DNA of 64,000 nt from Lingula anatina. Its lineage: Eukaryota > Animalia > Brachiopoda. The position numbers and the translations under genes are program-made. The notes under the pieces were generated by a model that did no database searches, had not been told where the DNA came from, and saw only the letters and a list, made by a program, of their open reading frames with translations. This document shows positions 31,955 to 45,094 of the stretch, piece by piece (the stretch's first letter is position 1; the number at the start of each line of letters is the position of its first letter). Location of the stretch: contig CM120643.1 in the NCBI GenBank assembly GCA_051362555.1, positions 25,548,848 through 25,612,847 on the forward strand. Reading direction: 5' to 3'.

Positions 31955-32788
31955 GCGGTTTACAACTGGCGTTTTTTAGTTCAAGGGACACCCTGAGAAG
32001 ATGGAATAATAAAAAAAATCAAATGTGTAATTGCTGGTGCGATTTCCATTGAAGCAATTGCAGGGACGGATAAATTTTAGTTAAACATAATTGGCAACTA
32101 ATTCCGCCTAGAAGATATAGTTTTTCTGCTGAACACGGTTAACAGGTATCAATTCAAGTTCGGTCGTGTCGCTTTCATTGATGGGCCTCCGCGGAAAGTT
32201 CCCAGTAAGATGACTTCAGATGCTTTTATTTTCATTCTGTTTTGCACTGAGATAACGTTTGGTTTCACCTTTGACGTTATAGAGCACGATGAGGTCCACA
32301 GCTGTTCACACCTGGGCGGTTTTAGTATTGAGTAGTCTTTACTCTTTCAAATGTCGACTGCGGACTTGCCACGGGTTCTGTATGAACATATGAACGGTCT
32401 TTAGAAGCAAGGGCCCAAGATAGCTCAGTGGGGCTTAAAAAGACAAAATGAATGCCCGTTAAAAGCAAAAGAGGCGACGGAACTTTTGAAAAAAATAAAA
32501 AAATTCTCTCTGATAATCTCACCGAGATGATTGCACATTTTGATGAAATGCAGTACATACGGAGTTAGCTATGGCTCAATCGTAGTTCAGGATCTGTGGC
32601 ACCAATATAAGGACTTTTAAGTGAAAAGAAAAGAAATATTATATTGACCACGCAGACTTTATTCTAAAGACCAGCAATATGTTCGTTTTAAATCGACCAC
32701 TTAATGTAAACTTTATAAAGTATACCGTATTAATTTTTATGCAAAAGGTAACTTGCTAGGACCCACGAGAGCCCACATTCGTTTTCGT
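31955..32788. repeat. About 0.8-kb direct repeat, copy 2
   Basis: Same orientation as 30556-31358, with about 21 extra bases near 32425-32450. Confidence 0.92.
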
Positions 32789-33284
32789 ATATTTGAGTTA
32801 TTTGTTTCCCAGCATGGCCAAGGAAGTGCTTGCAATCTGTCACGAAGGGTATATGTACAATAAACGCCATCAAATCTTTGACGAATTCAACACGTCAAAA
32901 GAGAAAAGTCATCCGTATTGGCAGGAATTTTTGAAACTGTGGGTATTATTGACTGATTAAGATTTATCTGCATTATATTGAAAGAAGAGTAATTGGTTTA
33001 GGTGCCCGAAACTCAAGCCCACCTTCACAAATTTCGAACTCAACCAATGTGCTAGATGTGACTTGGTCATTGCGTTGAGGACCATAATTCATCAAGTGAC
33101 AAATCGCGCTATAACACTGATAGAATAGTCAAAACTTACTACACTTTTTTTAAGTTTCGCTAACACGAACCCCATTTTTGACCTGGGACTTGAGAAAAAG
33201 GAGGGGCTATCTGAACAGCTCGAGAGAAGACTTCAAGACCAAGGACCCATACCCAATTTGAATTATCGTGTTACAAAGATTGGG

Positions 33285-33420
33285 TCTCGCTGAATGCAAT
33301 CAGATTAAACAATGAACACGCCTCCTCTTGTTTCTAACGTACCCGTATCAAGTTACCAGCTTTTTTGTATTGTACTCGGCCCCACAAAGAGACATATTAA
33401 TCTGATTGCAGTCAGCGAGA
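33285..33420. mobile_element. Very small MITE-like inverted-repeat element (136 bp)
   Basis: 24-bp inverted repeat with one mismatch: TCTCGCTGAATGCAATCAGATTAA / TTAATCTGATTGCAGTCAGCGAGA. Confidence 0.65.
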
Positions 33421-33812
33421 ATCCCCGCGGAGCTGGATCGATCTACACAGAACGATAGTTTCAGTGGGAGCGAACCCTAATACGTTATAACTGGTGTATG
33501 ATTAGTGTTGAGCTCAAACATCCTTGTGCAGATATTGCTAATCAGTTATAGTAAATATGAACATAAGGGTGAGATACAAAGGGTAAGTATTCTTTTCTGA
33601 CGAGACAACTTATTCTAAATTCTTATTCGATTATTTTGAGACACGAATTCAAATTGAGACAGGCCATTTAAGCAAGAGAAAAAGCAATATTTTAAACTGC
33701 TTAAAACCACAAGAGCGATCTCCATTTTATCAAATAATACTATTTTCTGCCCCACTTTTATAGTTATTAATATCAAAAACAAAGAGAAAAAAGTTCGGTT
33801 TATCTGTACATA

Positions 33813-33818
33813 TTTATT
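33813..33818 (-). terminator. Probable polyadenylation signal of the LamG gene
   Basis: AATAAA on the - strand about 1.4 kb past the stop, followed by a U-rich downstream tract (TTTTTTCTCTTTGTTTTTG). Confidence 0.5.
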
Positions 33819-35202
33819 CAGTGGTAAACATCTATGAGAAAAGAAGAATAGATGTCATTCAAGTTAAATAATAACATAAATATGATTAACTTAAAACTAT
33901 GTACACATTCAGTTAATACGGAGAAGGTAATAGAAAAGACCATACACGAGTAGGGGAAGACGTTTCTTCCTATGCTATTACCAAATCGCCTGAATTATTG
34001 GCTGAAAACATATAACTCTTAAATTTCAATTCCCGCACCGTATCGTTTTGGAAACAATGGCAATTGATATAAAGACAAGTTGAGAATTGTATGAATATCT
34101 TACATCATTGTGAAACATCAAAACTGAGGAATTGGCATGTATGCCCCCAAAGCGACGCTTGAGTGACAACGAATGTACACTGCACATAATGCGTTTATAA
34201 GACTTGAAAATTGTAATGTAGTAGATTCGTAATTTATCAACATTAGAATCTTGGTCGTTATTGTAATATTTGCACGTCTCGATGCGCTCATAATTTCAAT
34301 GGCTGGAAATGTTATATTTGAGGTTAATCTCATCTGTACTCGGTATAGGCTACATGTCTAATGTTGGCCTAATTATCCATCCGTAAAAAATTGAAACCAT
34401 GTTGGTTCTAATGATGAAGTCACTATGGTTTTTCATACATTCTTTATGTGCACGTCATGCATCGTTTTGTGGAACAGGCCTTATCTAGGCGTGTGTTTGG
34501 CATGTCACCAAAAACAATTACTGTTATAAAATTACATATTTCTTTTAGATTTCGTACCGCCCTTTTACTTGGCTTATGAAGATCTTACTAGATCAATTTT
34601 AAGCAATAGGCTAGCGTTTGTCTACAAATTGCAATAAATAAACGACAGCAACGCATCTCTCAGGCAACCATAAGCATATGTATAGAACATGCCCTGTCTT
34701 CGAGAAATTCGACTTAGACCTAGTTTCCGAACTTCAATTTCCCGAGAACCCTCAGATGTTAGGCAAACATGTGACAAGTGTGGACGGAAAAAAAAAGCTG
34801 CGAATGTTCGTATGGAATTTTCTCGGCGTCATTATCATCGGAAGCGACCTCTAATGGTAATCGTTAGAGAAACGTCTGCAATCATTCTCAAGCACCGTAA
34901 TAAGTTCTGCCCGCTTTTGTTTAGCGCCATAATAAATATGATGTGGAACGCTGGTTGGTCAGCTATTTAGGCATCTGTGAACTCTCTGGCGTCAAAAACT
35001 TAACGCACGTCATGGTCTTGACACGTTCCCTGAACGCATACTTTGACGTCATAGACGCTTTTTACTTACAGCTTCTATTGTAGTGGCACTTTCAAGCGCT
35101 CAGCGCTGTTTGAGTACCATATTCTACTAATTTCAACTGAAATATTTTCATCTCTATCTGCGTTGGTTGGTGGGTATTACGTCAGCCTAAATATTGATGA
35201 CG

Positions 35203-35760
35203 TCAACATGTTGACACGCTGTGATAGGAAGGCTCAACACGGAATTGTTTATTGTCAATGTTTACGTTACGGAAGCATCCTTCTAAGCGGTGAGCTTTGT
35301 TGTTGCCGAATTCGTTCTGAAAGCAAAAGAACAAATATGTTAAAGTTTTGCTACATACATATCAAAAAGTAACCTCTCTCTCTCTCTTCACATGGTGTAA
35401 GTCCAATTTTAAAAGCTGGGCGATTCATGAAAAATTGCAAACTGGGGATTTTGATATTGTATTTGATGTACTTTTGCTGATGCTTTTGTAGATTCAAATA
35501 AACGGAAGGAAAATTTAACTGAAAATGAGAAACCTTACCTCTAATCCCAGATCTGACGTCACTTGTCGCACCAAGTGAGGTGGTAGTCCGCCAAAGAACA
35601 GGGTGTTGAAGGAAGGGCACGAGACCTGGTAGCGGCGGTACGGGGATTCATGGTTGATTTTAATGGCGCCCGGCGTCCCGTCTTCACGATTATAGTTCAG
35701 CTGAAAAATAGAGAAATCAATCGTGATTAAATTGATTGCCTGATGATTTTGTTTCGTGAA

Positions 35761-35791
<31 letters not shown>

Positions 35792-38201
35792 TCTAACTAT
35801 CAAGTTTTGTGCATTGCACTAGAAAATACGAAATCATCAAAATATGCCTCAAACAGTTCCACAACAATAACGACTTGCATGAAATGCGTAAAATGCGTGT
35901 ATTGCTGTTTATTGCATTGTTACTTTTTGTTATATCTTTTTTTCTTTTTTTTTCTTCTTTTTTTGCAAATGAATCCTCCAAGATTCACTTGGTAATTTTA
36001 GTTCAAACTGAATCGCCTATTAGCGTTATTTTGTCGAATCTTCACACCATTTGCAGATTTTGATCATTTTCATCGGAACAGTCATTTATGACCTACTATT
36101 AGATAGGCACCGCACTTTCCGGTTCTTGTTTGACCTTGTTTGATCAAGACTCTGATGAGTCGTTTGAGATTAGCGATCTTATCATCAATGAGATAAAGGA
36201 TGCGAGGACATTTGATCAACGAGCACTTCCCGGGGTAGTTCTTTTTTTTTATCTAAACCGGAGACGGATGCTTTTGGTGTCATCTCCGGTGAGGGCGACA
36301 GCGCGTGAAATTTTATCAGAGAAGAAAATCGCCGCTATCTTTAGCTACGGAGCTTTTCATGTTTTAGCACCTTACATTACGCTCTGCCAATGTCTTAACA
36401 ATAGGAACAAATTATAAGGGGTAAGATAAAAAGGACAGAAAATAGAGTACATGTCGATTTTAAGTGTAAATACATTTAATTAAAGTCGAGACAAACTGCA
36501 AACGTTTGGGGAAGTAAAACAATGAATATTCCCCATTTTTATATTCCGATTTGGTAACGTGTCACAACTTACAGTAAACACACTTTTAATAATATAATTT
36601 AAATCCCGTCTTTTCATGTCTGAACTAAAATCTTCTCAAAATCTCGGGCTATTGACCTTATGTCACAGACGTACATGTATTTTTATAGTTTATAAAGATA
36701 GGTTATCATATATTATTATATATCATATAATTATCATCATAAACGTTGTCCAAAAGAGGTGTTAGGTTGTTATTAATCATTCTCCCCAAACAACATTTCT
36801 TTCTGAATAAGATAAAATAATTCAGCAGTGAGTCTACATTGTACGTTGTAGGATGCCAGTTGACGTCCGAGTATTCAATTACGACGGGCAGAAGCAATAC
36901 CAATAAAACTCATTTCTTCAAAAGAACTCGTCAATCTAATACTAGCTTCCGATGTAATAAACACTTGCTAATCCTGGTATGAATTCTGGCCACATTTCAT
37001 CATGCTTACAAATATGTTTAATTAGTGGAGCGCTATAGTCATAGGTGTGTGATCTTTTATCGGACACCAAATACTGGGAAATTTTGCCCTGGAAACAGGA
37101 CTGAATGACGACGAGGGCGACAACGTGGCTTGGGTGTCCGCCTGGGTTTTTCACGAGGTGTGATGAAGGTTATCGAATGTTCGGCAATCCGCAAGGAGTG
37201 GCCCGCTATTTGTGCCTCCACAATGTCCATGACGATAAAGACAAAAGTTCTGACTACATGGGAACTTTTTCGTGATATTTAAGTGTTTTGGTGTATTGTA
37301 AGTGAAGGGTGCTGCCAGAGGTAGCTTCACATTACCGGTTATGTGAACCACTCCCTGGCTTTGGTTGGCATGACGCGACTTTGCCATCCATGGCATTAGC
37401 TCTTTGCTTATTTTTGTCATATATCTATTTATATATACGTGAGCTAATTATATCTTTAAGCATCTAATTTCGTCTTGGATGTTGAAATTGATTGATGCGT
37501 CATGCATTTTTCATTTTCTAAAAAGGCTTTATGATTAATTCATTCACATTCATTTCAAGTGTAATTTGAAACTGAAAATGTGTTCCTGGCCAAAAGATAC
37601 AAAACATTTAAGAACACGTGCTGTAAAGTAGCTTTCTGAAACACTGTTGCAGGTGGTTTCACTTTTCCTATTACCGACCCCCCCCCCCCCCCCCACAACC
37701 ACCACCACCAGGCATTAACCCAACCACCACCTCACCTCACCCCACCGAATATAGACTCCATGAACCTACCTTGTGCCACTGGCCGTCGTCCAGCTGTTTC
37801 CTCTCTCGGAGCCGGCCCGTCATGCCGTTACATTTGAACGCGAAATACATGTGTCCGTCCTTCAGGTACACCGTCACGTAGTCAGTCATGGTGGACCTTC
37901 TGGAGCCTGTGGAGGCGAGGAAGACGAAACCGGAGGGCGACGAGGTTCTAAACTCGATGTTTAGTTTAGACCTGGAAGAAAACCATGATCTTTTAAAAAT
38001 ACTAGACCATGTTAGCTTTTCGCGGAGACCATCTCGTCATTTGGCGAGAAGCTTTGATTTTGAAAATTTCACAACTGTCTGCGACTGATTTTAAGAGGTT
38101 AAGGGTGTCTTGTTCTTTTCGGATTCTTTTTAAAAAATGTATCGTCTAATGTGGATACTGAAGCGCGCGCACGTTAAAAATGAATAAAGCAATCGTGCTG
38201 C

Positions 38202-38257
<56 letters not shown>

Positions 38258-41200
38258 TGGCGGGGTGGGAGGCTGGGTCATGGAGAGAGAAAGTAGAAGA
38301 AGGGAAATAACGTACCCTTTATCCAGTGAGGGAGACAAGCTTGAGAACTGGACCCTACTGCCGTGAACCTTCTCCGTCCGTACGCCGTAACTGTTCGTTA
38401 TGTCCATCTTTGCCTAGAAGTAAAAGGAGACATTTTTAAGGATTTTATTCTTTTCTAGTTTTTATTACCTAAAAGGCGCATTGAACGCAATTTACAACCC
38501 TTTAATGCATTGAAGCTGTTAATGAAGGCTAAACTTTGGCCAGCAATTATATCAAATTGTATTTTTAGATTGACAAATAGATTGACCGGACAGGCACAAG
38601 GTACGACCCGCCGATGATATGGCGGGGGAGGGGAGGGGAGCTTTTCGAAATCATTCAAATATATCAAACAAGATAAACTATAGATATCTACGTCAAAAAA
38701 CATATCGAGATTCGCACATTGACGGTACATAAAACCAAGTCGCAGTGACAACAAGGATCCAAGGTGATTAAAAAATGTCACACCTTAAAAGTGCTTCTGT
38801 GCGTAATATTGACATTGTTAAGTGGCTGAATCAGGTAAAAGGAATGACTCATCGCGCACCGCCATAAATCCCGGCCACAGAGGTTAAGGTGAGCGGTGAC
38901 ACTTAATTTACTTTTAAATCTCATGTAAATAAAGTGGCATCAATTGCAATGGAATATATCAAGGTTAGCACACGGACCCCGCTGCCGGTGTGTGAGATTG
39001 TCACCTTTAATGGGGAAAAGTTTATAAAAAGATCGGCTAATTGTACGATGACTCATCCCCGTGCAGCGACGGAATAACTGTGTTGCCTTGTTAGTCTATG
39101 TGTTTCTTTACTTTTATCCATCCACATAAGATGCAGTGTCAGTTGAACATCCATGGGTTGTACGTTATTAATTTGACTTAGTGCGGTCTTAGGGGGCGGT
39201 ACTGAACGCTAGGCGTCCAACCCTCAAACTTTTTTTACTACAGTTTATCCGCGCGTTGTCATCTTTCCTTCGTGTCGTTTGTCACGTTTGTATTTTTTAT
39301 GTATGGCTCACGTCTTTTTAACTATAATTAAGTATGAAACCAAGATTTATTTCGTCTCGCAGGTTAGATGATAGTGCACGGGATGTCTTGTCTGGTGTGC
39401 GCGGATTAACATATTGGGAAAAGCGATTTTTTATTCTGTTTTTTTTTTTTTAATCTTATGCGTGTAAAAGCTGCGTGTCTTTCATGTAATCCTGTTTAAA
39501 TTAACAAAAAAAATAATATATTCTTTGTTAAGATAAGATAGAACAGCTGTTGTTGGTTTGTCATGCTTCACTGTCATTTTTTCAACTCTGGAGTCGGGTT
39601 CAGGCTGGGGTCTGGTCTGGTAGAAGAATACGGTCACTATATTCTTCATTTTCAAGTATAAATTCTTTTGAAATATTTATTCCTCATAACTGTGTGATAT
39701 AAAGAAATCAGAAGAGACCCACACAGATAGTCAGCTGAGTTAAGCCAGAAAGAAACGTCCTTCCACACGGCGTGTGATCCTGACCCCCCCCCCCCCCCCG
39801 AACCCCTACCCCAAACCACTCGGCCCAATAACTCACCTCGTAGATCTCTATCAGCGTTATCAGTGTGTTCAATAATTACCTCCGGAAGTCCCACCTGCCC
39901 GAACACCTTTGGATAATAACGCTGTTAAATCGCGGATCACATGGCCGACGTGATTTAAACACATTTATCACAGAATCTAAAACGCTGTTGAACATGTAGG
40001 CACCGCGGATCACGCCATGCCATGGTCTGAATGGAGTGTTGTCCGTGCTCACGGCAGATATTGGAATTGTAAGTGTTCAGGCAGCGATTTCAAAAGGAGA
40101 GGGGAGGTGTCTTTTTCTTTTTCTGAAAAGTAGACCTTATTTTGCCCGCTTGGTTGACCTAACTCGAGAAATTGCTTAGAGCACAGGTCAATTTTTGATT
40201 TAGAATGGACCTTTTTCTGGTCAACAGGTGTTTTGTTCGAGACCCTGTACCTCTCCCCCTATCCTGGGGGGGGGCTTATGCAAACGGAGGTGTGTTGGTG
40301 CGTGTATACTAAATCCAAAAAGTCCGATCGCTAATAGAACTGAATTGAATCACTATGTATCAGGAGAATAATCTCACGGCTGCCATGCAAGAGGCCGTAA
40401 AGAGAGGCTACGCCCACTCCTGATGGCCCCTAGGTTGAAAACTGCGCAAAAAGGTCGTGCCAAGGGCGAACAATTTTCTATTAGCGAAATATAAATTAGA
40501 CGCCCCAAAGAAATGAATGTCCAACCTTTCACCGAGGCTCACGGCCTATCGCTGGTGTAAATACATGCTTAGTGTACAAATCTAATAATCTTTTTTTAAC
40601 TAGTTGACAGCGTCAATTGATAAAAAGTAAGAAAAGGAGGGAAAAGAGAATATTGACTCTATTAATGCGTAAGCCAGTTATTTGAATTTTATGGTATAGA
40701 TATAGAATACATGGAAGTCCATTTTGTTGCTGAAAAATTCGCTAGTTCTTAGTCTTTGTGAAATTTTGGGTTGGCGCGTGCCAGCTTGCATTACTTTTGT
40801 GCCAAGGCAAGGCAGTTTTGCGTGTTTTGTCCCATTTCCCTCAAAATTACGCCTAATATCGAGCTTCGCAGCGTAAAAATAGGATATGACGGAGCGACAC
40901 GCTAGTCCTCTGGAATTATGAATGAAAACATAGGAGTAGTTCAGCACTAGAAATAATAAAGTTAGGGTGTACTGATGGTAATTGCGATATGCAGATAAGA
41001 TATAAGGCAAAATATTATAGACGAGTTGCATGAAGAAGACGACAAGCTGTCCGGACTGGTAAAAAGTAATGTTTTTTTGGGTGGGGTCCGGATGATCATG
41101 GGTGAAAAGGCTAGCCTTAGTTGCCCAACGTACCAACGGATCACGCATTGCCCCCAAGAAGAAAAAAAAATTCCACCAATTCCTCAGATATTCCTTTAAT

Positions 41201-41961
41201 TTGTGCACATCCAAAACAAGGTGTTATTTAAGGTGAAACAGATGTGAAAATCGAGCTAAACGATTTCGCTCCATCAGCGCCGTTGAAGTTTAATAGAACC
41301 AAAAAACACTAAGCGGCCGCACGTGCGGAGCAGACCTGGTTGACGTAATTAAAGCTAAAATTAAAACCAACACCCCTTCGCGAGAGGATCCGGGCAATTT
41401 TATCAACTTTAAGCAATTTTCTTAAGTGTTATTTTGAGCGCAGGGAATATTTATTGAGGTAAAATGAAATTGCGATGTTTTCCGAACACGTTTCCGGTGC
41501 CATCTGACTTTTTGACACACGAGACTCAGAAAGTGAGATGCGATATAGCCGTAAGTATATCCACGTACTTCATTCATTGAAAAGAACATGGCTTTCATGT
41601 AGTATTTACATTCCTGGGACACATGAATAAACGCCGGTCGCGTGTTTACTAACACAAGGCATCTCCGCCCACGAGTTGCAGCCATATTGGAATGTGCGAT
41701 TTCACATGCCATTCACAAGTTTGTCTAATTTTGTTTTGCGTGCCCTAGCCTGGGGATCGGGCAACGATACTGGTTTCAGGCTATTAATTATAAACATTTT
41801 GGAACAATATTTGGTCATTTTTGTCCCCACCTCCCAATGGAACGCCAATAACAGGAAGAGTGCACGCCGCTCAATTGAACAAAAAATTAGGTGTGGATTT
41901 TCCCGCCCATTTGATGTTGATCACCGAGTGATTAAAATTTTTTATGTATGTCAGACATATC

Positions 41962-42021
<60 letters not shown>

Positions 42022-45000
42022 AAAGAAAAAGAGAAAAAATCAAAAATTGTATTTTATTTGATATACGACCTTTCTACAGCCTATTGCGCATTTATTTTCG
42101 TAATCGCGTTGAGAAAGGCTCTTTCATTACGCGAGTAAAGGAGCAGATTTTATAGTCGAAGGGGGGCCGTCCATTCATTATTCTCGGGAAAATATATTTC
42201 CACAGCATTCTATAATGATGTGTTTAACGGCTGTCACTACCGGAAGACCAAACCATCCTGCGAAGTACCGAGAGAACGAAAAGAAAGCAACCTGTTACAT
42301 TGTATTTCATGGGTGGTTATAAAGAAACTGAAATGTGCTACATAACAACACGTCTTTTTGTTGCACTATCTGGCAATATATTTCCGGGGCAGATGTTTGC
42401 TTTTTTTTTAAAAATACAGAAAGTTCACGCAAACGAAAAGGTGCCCGCGCGTGCTCCCTCAAACTTTGAAGACTGACATTTTTATTTTAGATGCTCGAAA
42501 TACTTTGTTCTTGACACACAATGCATTTTATTATGTTTACGCATCCAAAGCGTTGTTGCGACCGCAACATTTTGCTGTGTCATAGAAATTGGGAAAACAG
42601 TTCCGATGGTTCTGTACTGATGCGTTCTACACAAGGAGCACTCTTTACTATGAACAGAACACGGGTTTGAAATACCCACGTGTATATACGTCCATTAGTA
42701 GTGGGAACTGCGTACATAAAACGTAACAAACATTTTCGGGTAAGACATTTAACCTTTAAAAGTTGACAATGTGATCAAAACACACCCGAATAATGCCTCC
42801 CAACTCAAAATATTATGAAAATAAATTTTAGGTTATATCTGAAACAAAGCACTGATGGCTATATTTGAGAGCAAAAACATTATTTTAAGTGCACTTCATA
42901 AAATGACACCGACATGTTTTCGTTCAAATTTCTCCAATCACACTGCACAATCTTTCACAAGTACCACGCTCGTAAATTTCCACCCGCTCAACAGGTTAGT
43001 ACGTAATGAATCAATGCTCATTCTTTAGCGGTACCCCTTGTGGAGTGGGGGCTTCAATTTTTTTCTATTTCAAAGAATAATAAGTTTACTGTTTGTCACT
43101 TTTACGCACGCGATACTGTCATGTGCACGTACCCCGAGGGAAGTTTCTAGGCGAGCGGAGGAGAAAAGTGCATGTTTGCAAGGGCGGGCCCGGTTAGGAA
43201 AACTAGTCTGTTTCATCAATAGGTCTTCTTTCATTTATTTATTGTTTAAAGAATGCCCTTTTTTACATTTTTTGTCATTTGCGTTTTGAATTCAACCCAA
43301 CTTAAATCCAACACGAAATCAAAATCAACTGCGGGTGGAAGGTGCGTCTTGTTATTTTCATTTTCAACAATTTTTTCGTAAAGTTAGAAGAGCCAGCAGA
43401 TTTCAAAGGCTCCTCCACTTCGTCTCGAAAAAACATTGCATAATCTCTAGCGGATGAAAAGATCAAAGGAGAAAAAAGAGGTCATGAAGATAGATATAAA
43501 GCGTTCCAAAACCATTCACCATCCTTTGAATCATTGTGTTTATACATCGTGCAATCTCTACAGTTGTTTTATATAACAAATTGTGTGATTTTGAATTTAA
43601 CCTCTCTGGTAGAACAATTTTCAGCTATCTCTCTCCTTCTCTCTCTCTCTCTCTCTTTCTCTCGGGACCACTTCTGATCGTTTTCCTTCAAATAGTTTCA
43701 TTTCGAAATCAATCCAACCGAATGATCAATTTTTAGCCGTGTGCCTCTGCATCACTGATTATTTCTGCACGTTTCTTATCGCGATGATTCATTCTTTCAA
43801 CAGTTTACTAAGGTGACCCTGGCGTTTTACTGCTCACTTAATCACTGGCACCTCTCTTACGGTGACAGGTGGCAACCTCCTTTCCAATATATGTCCTCGG
43901 CGTATTATAACACAATTGCATCAAAGTCGCTAAATGAAGACTTATTGAGACGAGAGTTAGATAGGTACACCGCAAATCCCGCGTAACTCTTGAGAATTGC
44001 ATATCTAAACAGGGCCGTCAGTTGTCTTAAAAAAAGGACCGGTCACAAGATAAGATTACTACAGCAACTTTACGTGTATTTCAGATAGAGGGAATCCGAC
44101 AAATCGCCAAGGATGATATAGGAGTGTTATCACTATCTTGAGAATATAGAAGAAGGGCACATAGCCCGGTGAGATAGACGACGGCCTGCTTCGAATCACT
44201 GGACCTGTCAATCAGCAGTATCGTTTTCACAAATAGAACACACACAATACAAACCGTGTTGACACTTGAACGCTCCGACCACCTCGCCACGTAATCTCTG
44301 TTTCACAATATTTGTATAGCGTTTCTTCCTTACACTTTTTTATTTTACTCGTCGCGTGAGTAATACGTTCGTGACAAAAAAAAATGTAGAATAAAGCATC
44401 TTGTTTTCACTTCACCACAATTGTGGGGAATACGGGCCCTGAAGTTCATTCAAACTGACGTTGCTTTTTTTCGAAAATTGTGAAGCGTTAACTGACTCTA
44501 GCGTCGTTGCTCTTTAAAGAAAGTTTTAAATTGGGTAGGAATTGTCATCGCCGTAGTGATGCCAAACATTGCTGAATCAGTCGGTTACAGAAGTATCCCT
44601 GCAGCCGCCCCTCAATGACTGCGTCCACAAAAAATGTGGACGTAAAAGTTATAGCATGCTGAGAAGAAAAATGCACTGAACGCGAAGCTTTGAAGTACAA
44701 TGATTATTATCTGTCATTCTGTCGCCGTCGAAGAAAATCAAACGGAAGTATTTACACGTCTGCAGTCATTAGAACCTAATTATGTCATAAACTGCAATTG
44801 AACTTCCACGTTCCACGAAACAGCGCCCAGATAACATAGTGCTTACAGAATAGGAAGGTGACAATTCGTAAAATCCTATCATGATAAGGTTTTTCTATAG
44901 CAATGCTCATTTGTAACCGTCTACATTGCGATATATAACGAGTTCATCCAAGAAAAAATTCTCAAAGTTTATAAATTAAGGTGTATAATAGAAGTTTGAC

Positions 45001-45094
45001 TTACCCCAGTACAAATAGGGCTGGCTTTCACCAGAACATCAAGCACTGCAGCCAAAACACAGGTGCATATGGCAACAAACTGAAATACGTCCAT
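35203..45094 (-). CDS. Secreted single laminin-G (LamG/LNS) domain protein, 5 coding exons, 221 aa
   Basis: Exons 45005-45094 (MDVFQFVAICTCVLAAVLDVLVKASPICTG|gtaagt), 38316-38413 (AKMDITNSYG...SLDKG), 37770-37971 (SKLNIEFRTSSPSGFVFLAS...DYVTVYLKDGHMYFAFKC...LDDGQWHK), 35539-35700 (LNYNRE...TLFFGGLPP...GLE) and 35203-35316 (NEFG...LEGCFRNVNIDN...VSTC*). All introns are GT-AG and phases match (0,2,0,0). The LamG hallmarks FRT, DGxWH, GGLP, GC and terminal C are present. The link to exon 1 is inferred. Confidence 0.85.
38200..38256. repeat. (CG)n(TG)n(AG)n compound microsatellite
   Basis: Read directly, in the LamG gene intron between 37971 and 38316. Confidence 0.9.
41967..42019. repeat. (CT)n(CA)n compound microsatellite
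   Basis: Read directly. Confidence 0.9.

Noticed and set aside
30915-32558. Twin ORFs MYCISSKCAII... as a duplicated gene or LTR retrotransposon
   Set aside because: They are a by-product of the 0.8-kb direct repeat. No gag/pol, PBS/PPT, TG..CA ends or TSD were seen.
37888-38088. + strand ORFs MVDLLEPVEARK... and 37773-37964
   Set aside because: These are antisense shadows of the - strand LamG exon 37770-37971.
39831-39910. Strong - strand donor GAG|GTGAGT as an extra LamG coding exon
   Set aside because: The phase-0 frame needed to join exon 38413 has a TAA 14 codons upstream. It could only be a non-coding or alternative 5' exon.
40678-41214. Longest ORF in the track (178 aa, - strand)
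   Set aside because: No recognisable domain, atypical composition and no convincing splice signals; it lies in intron 1 of the LamG gene.
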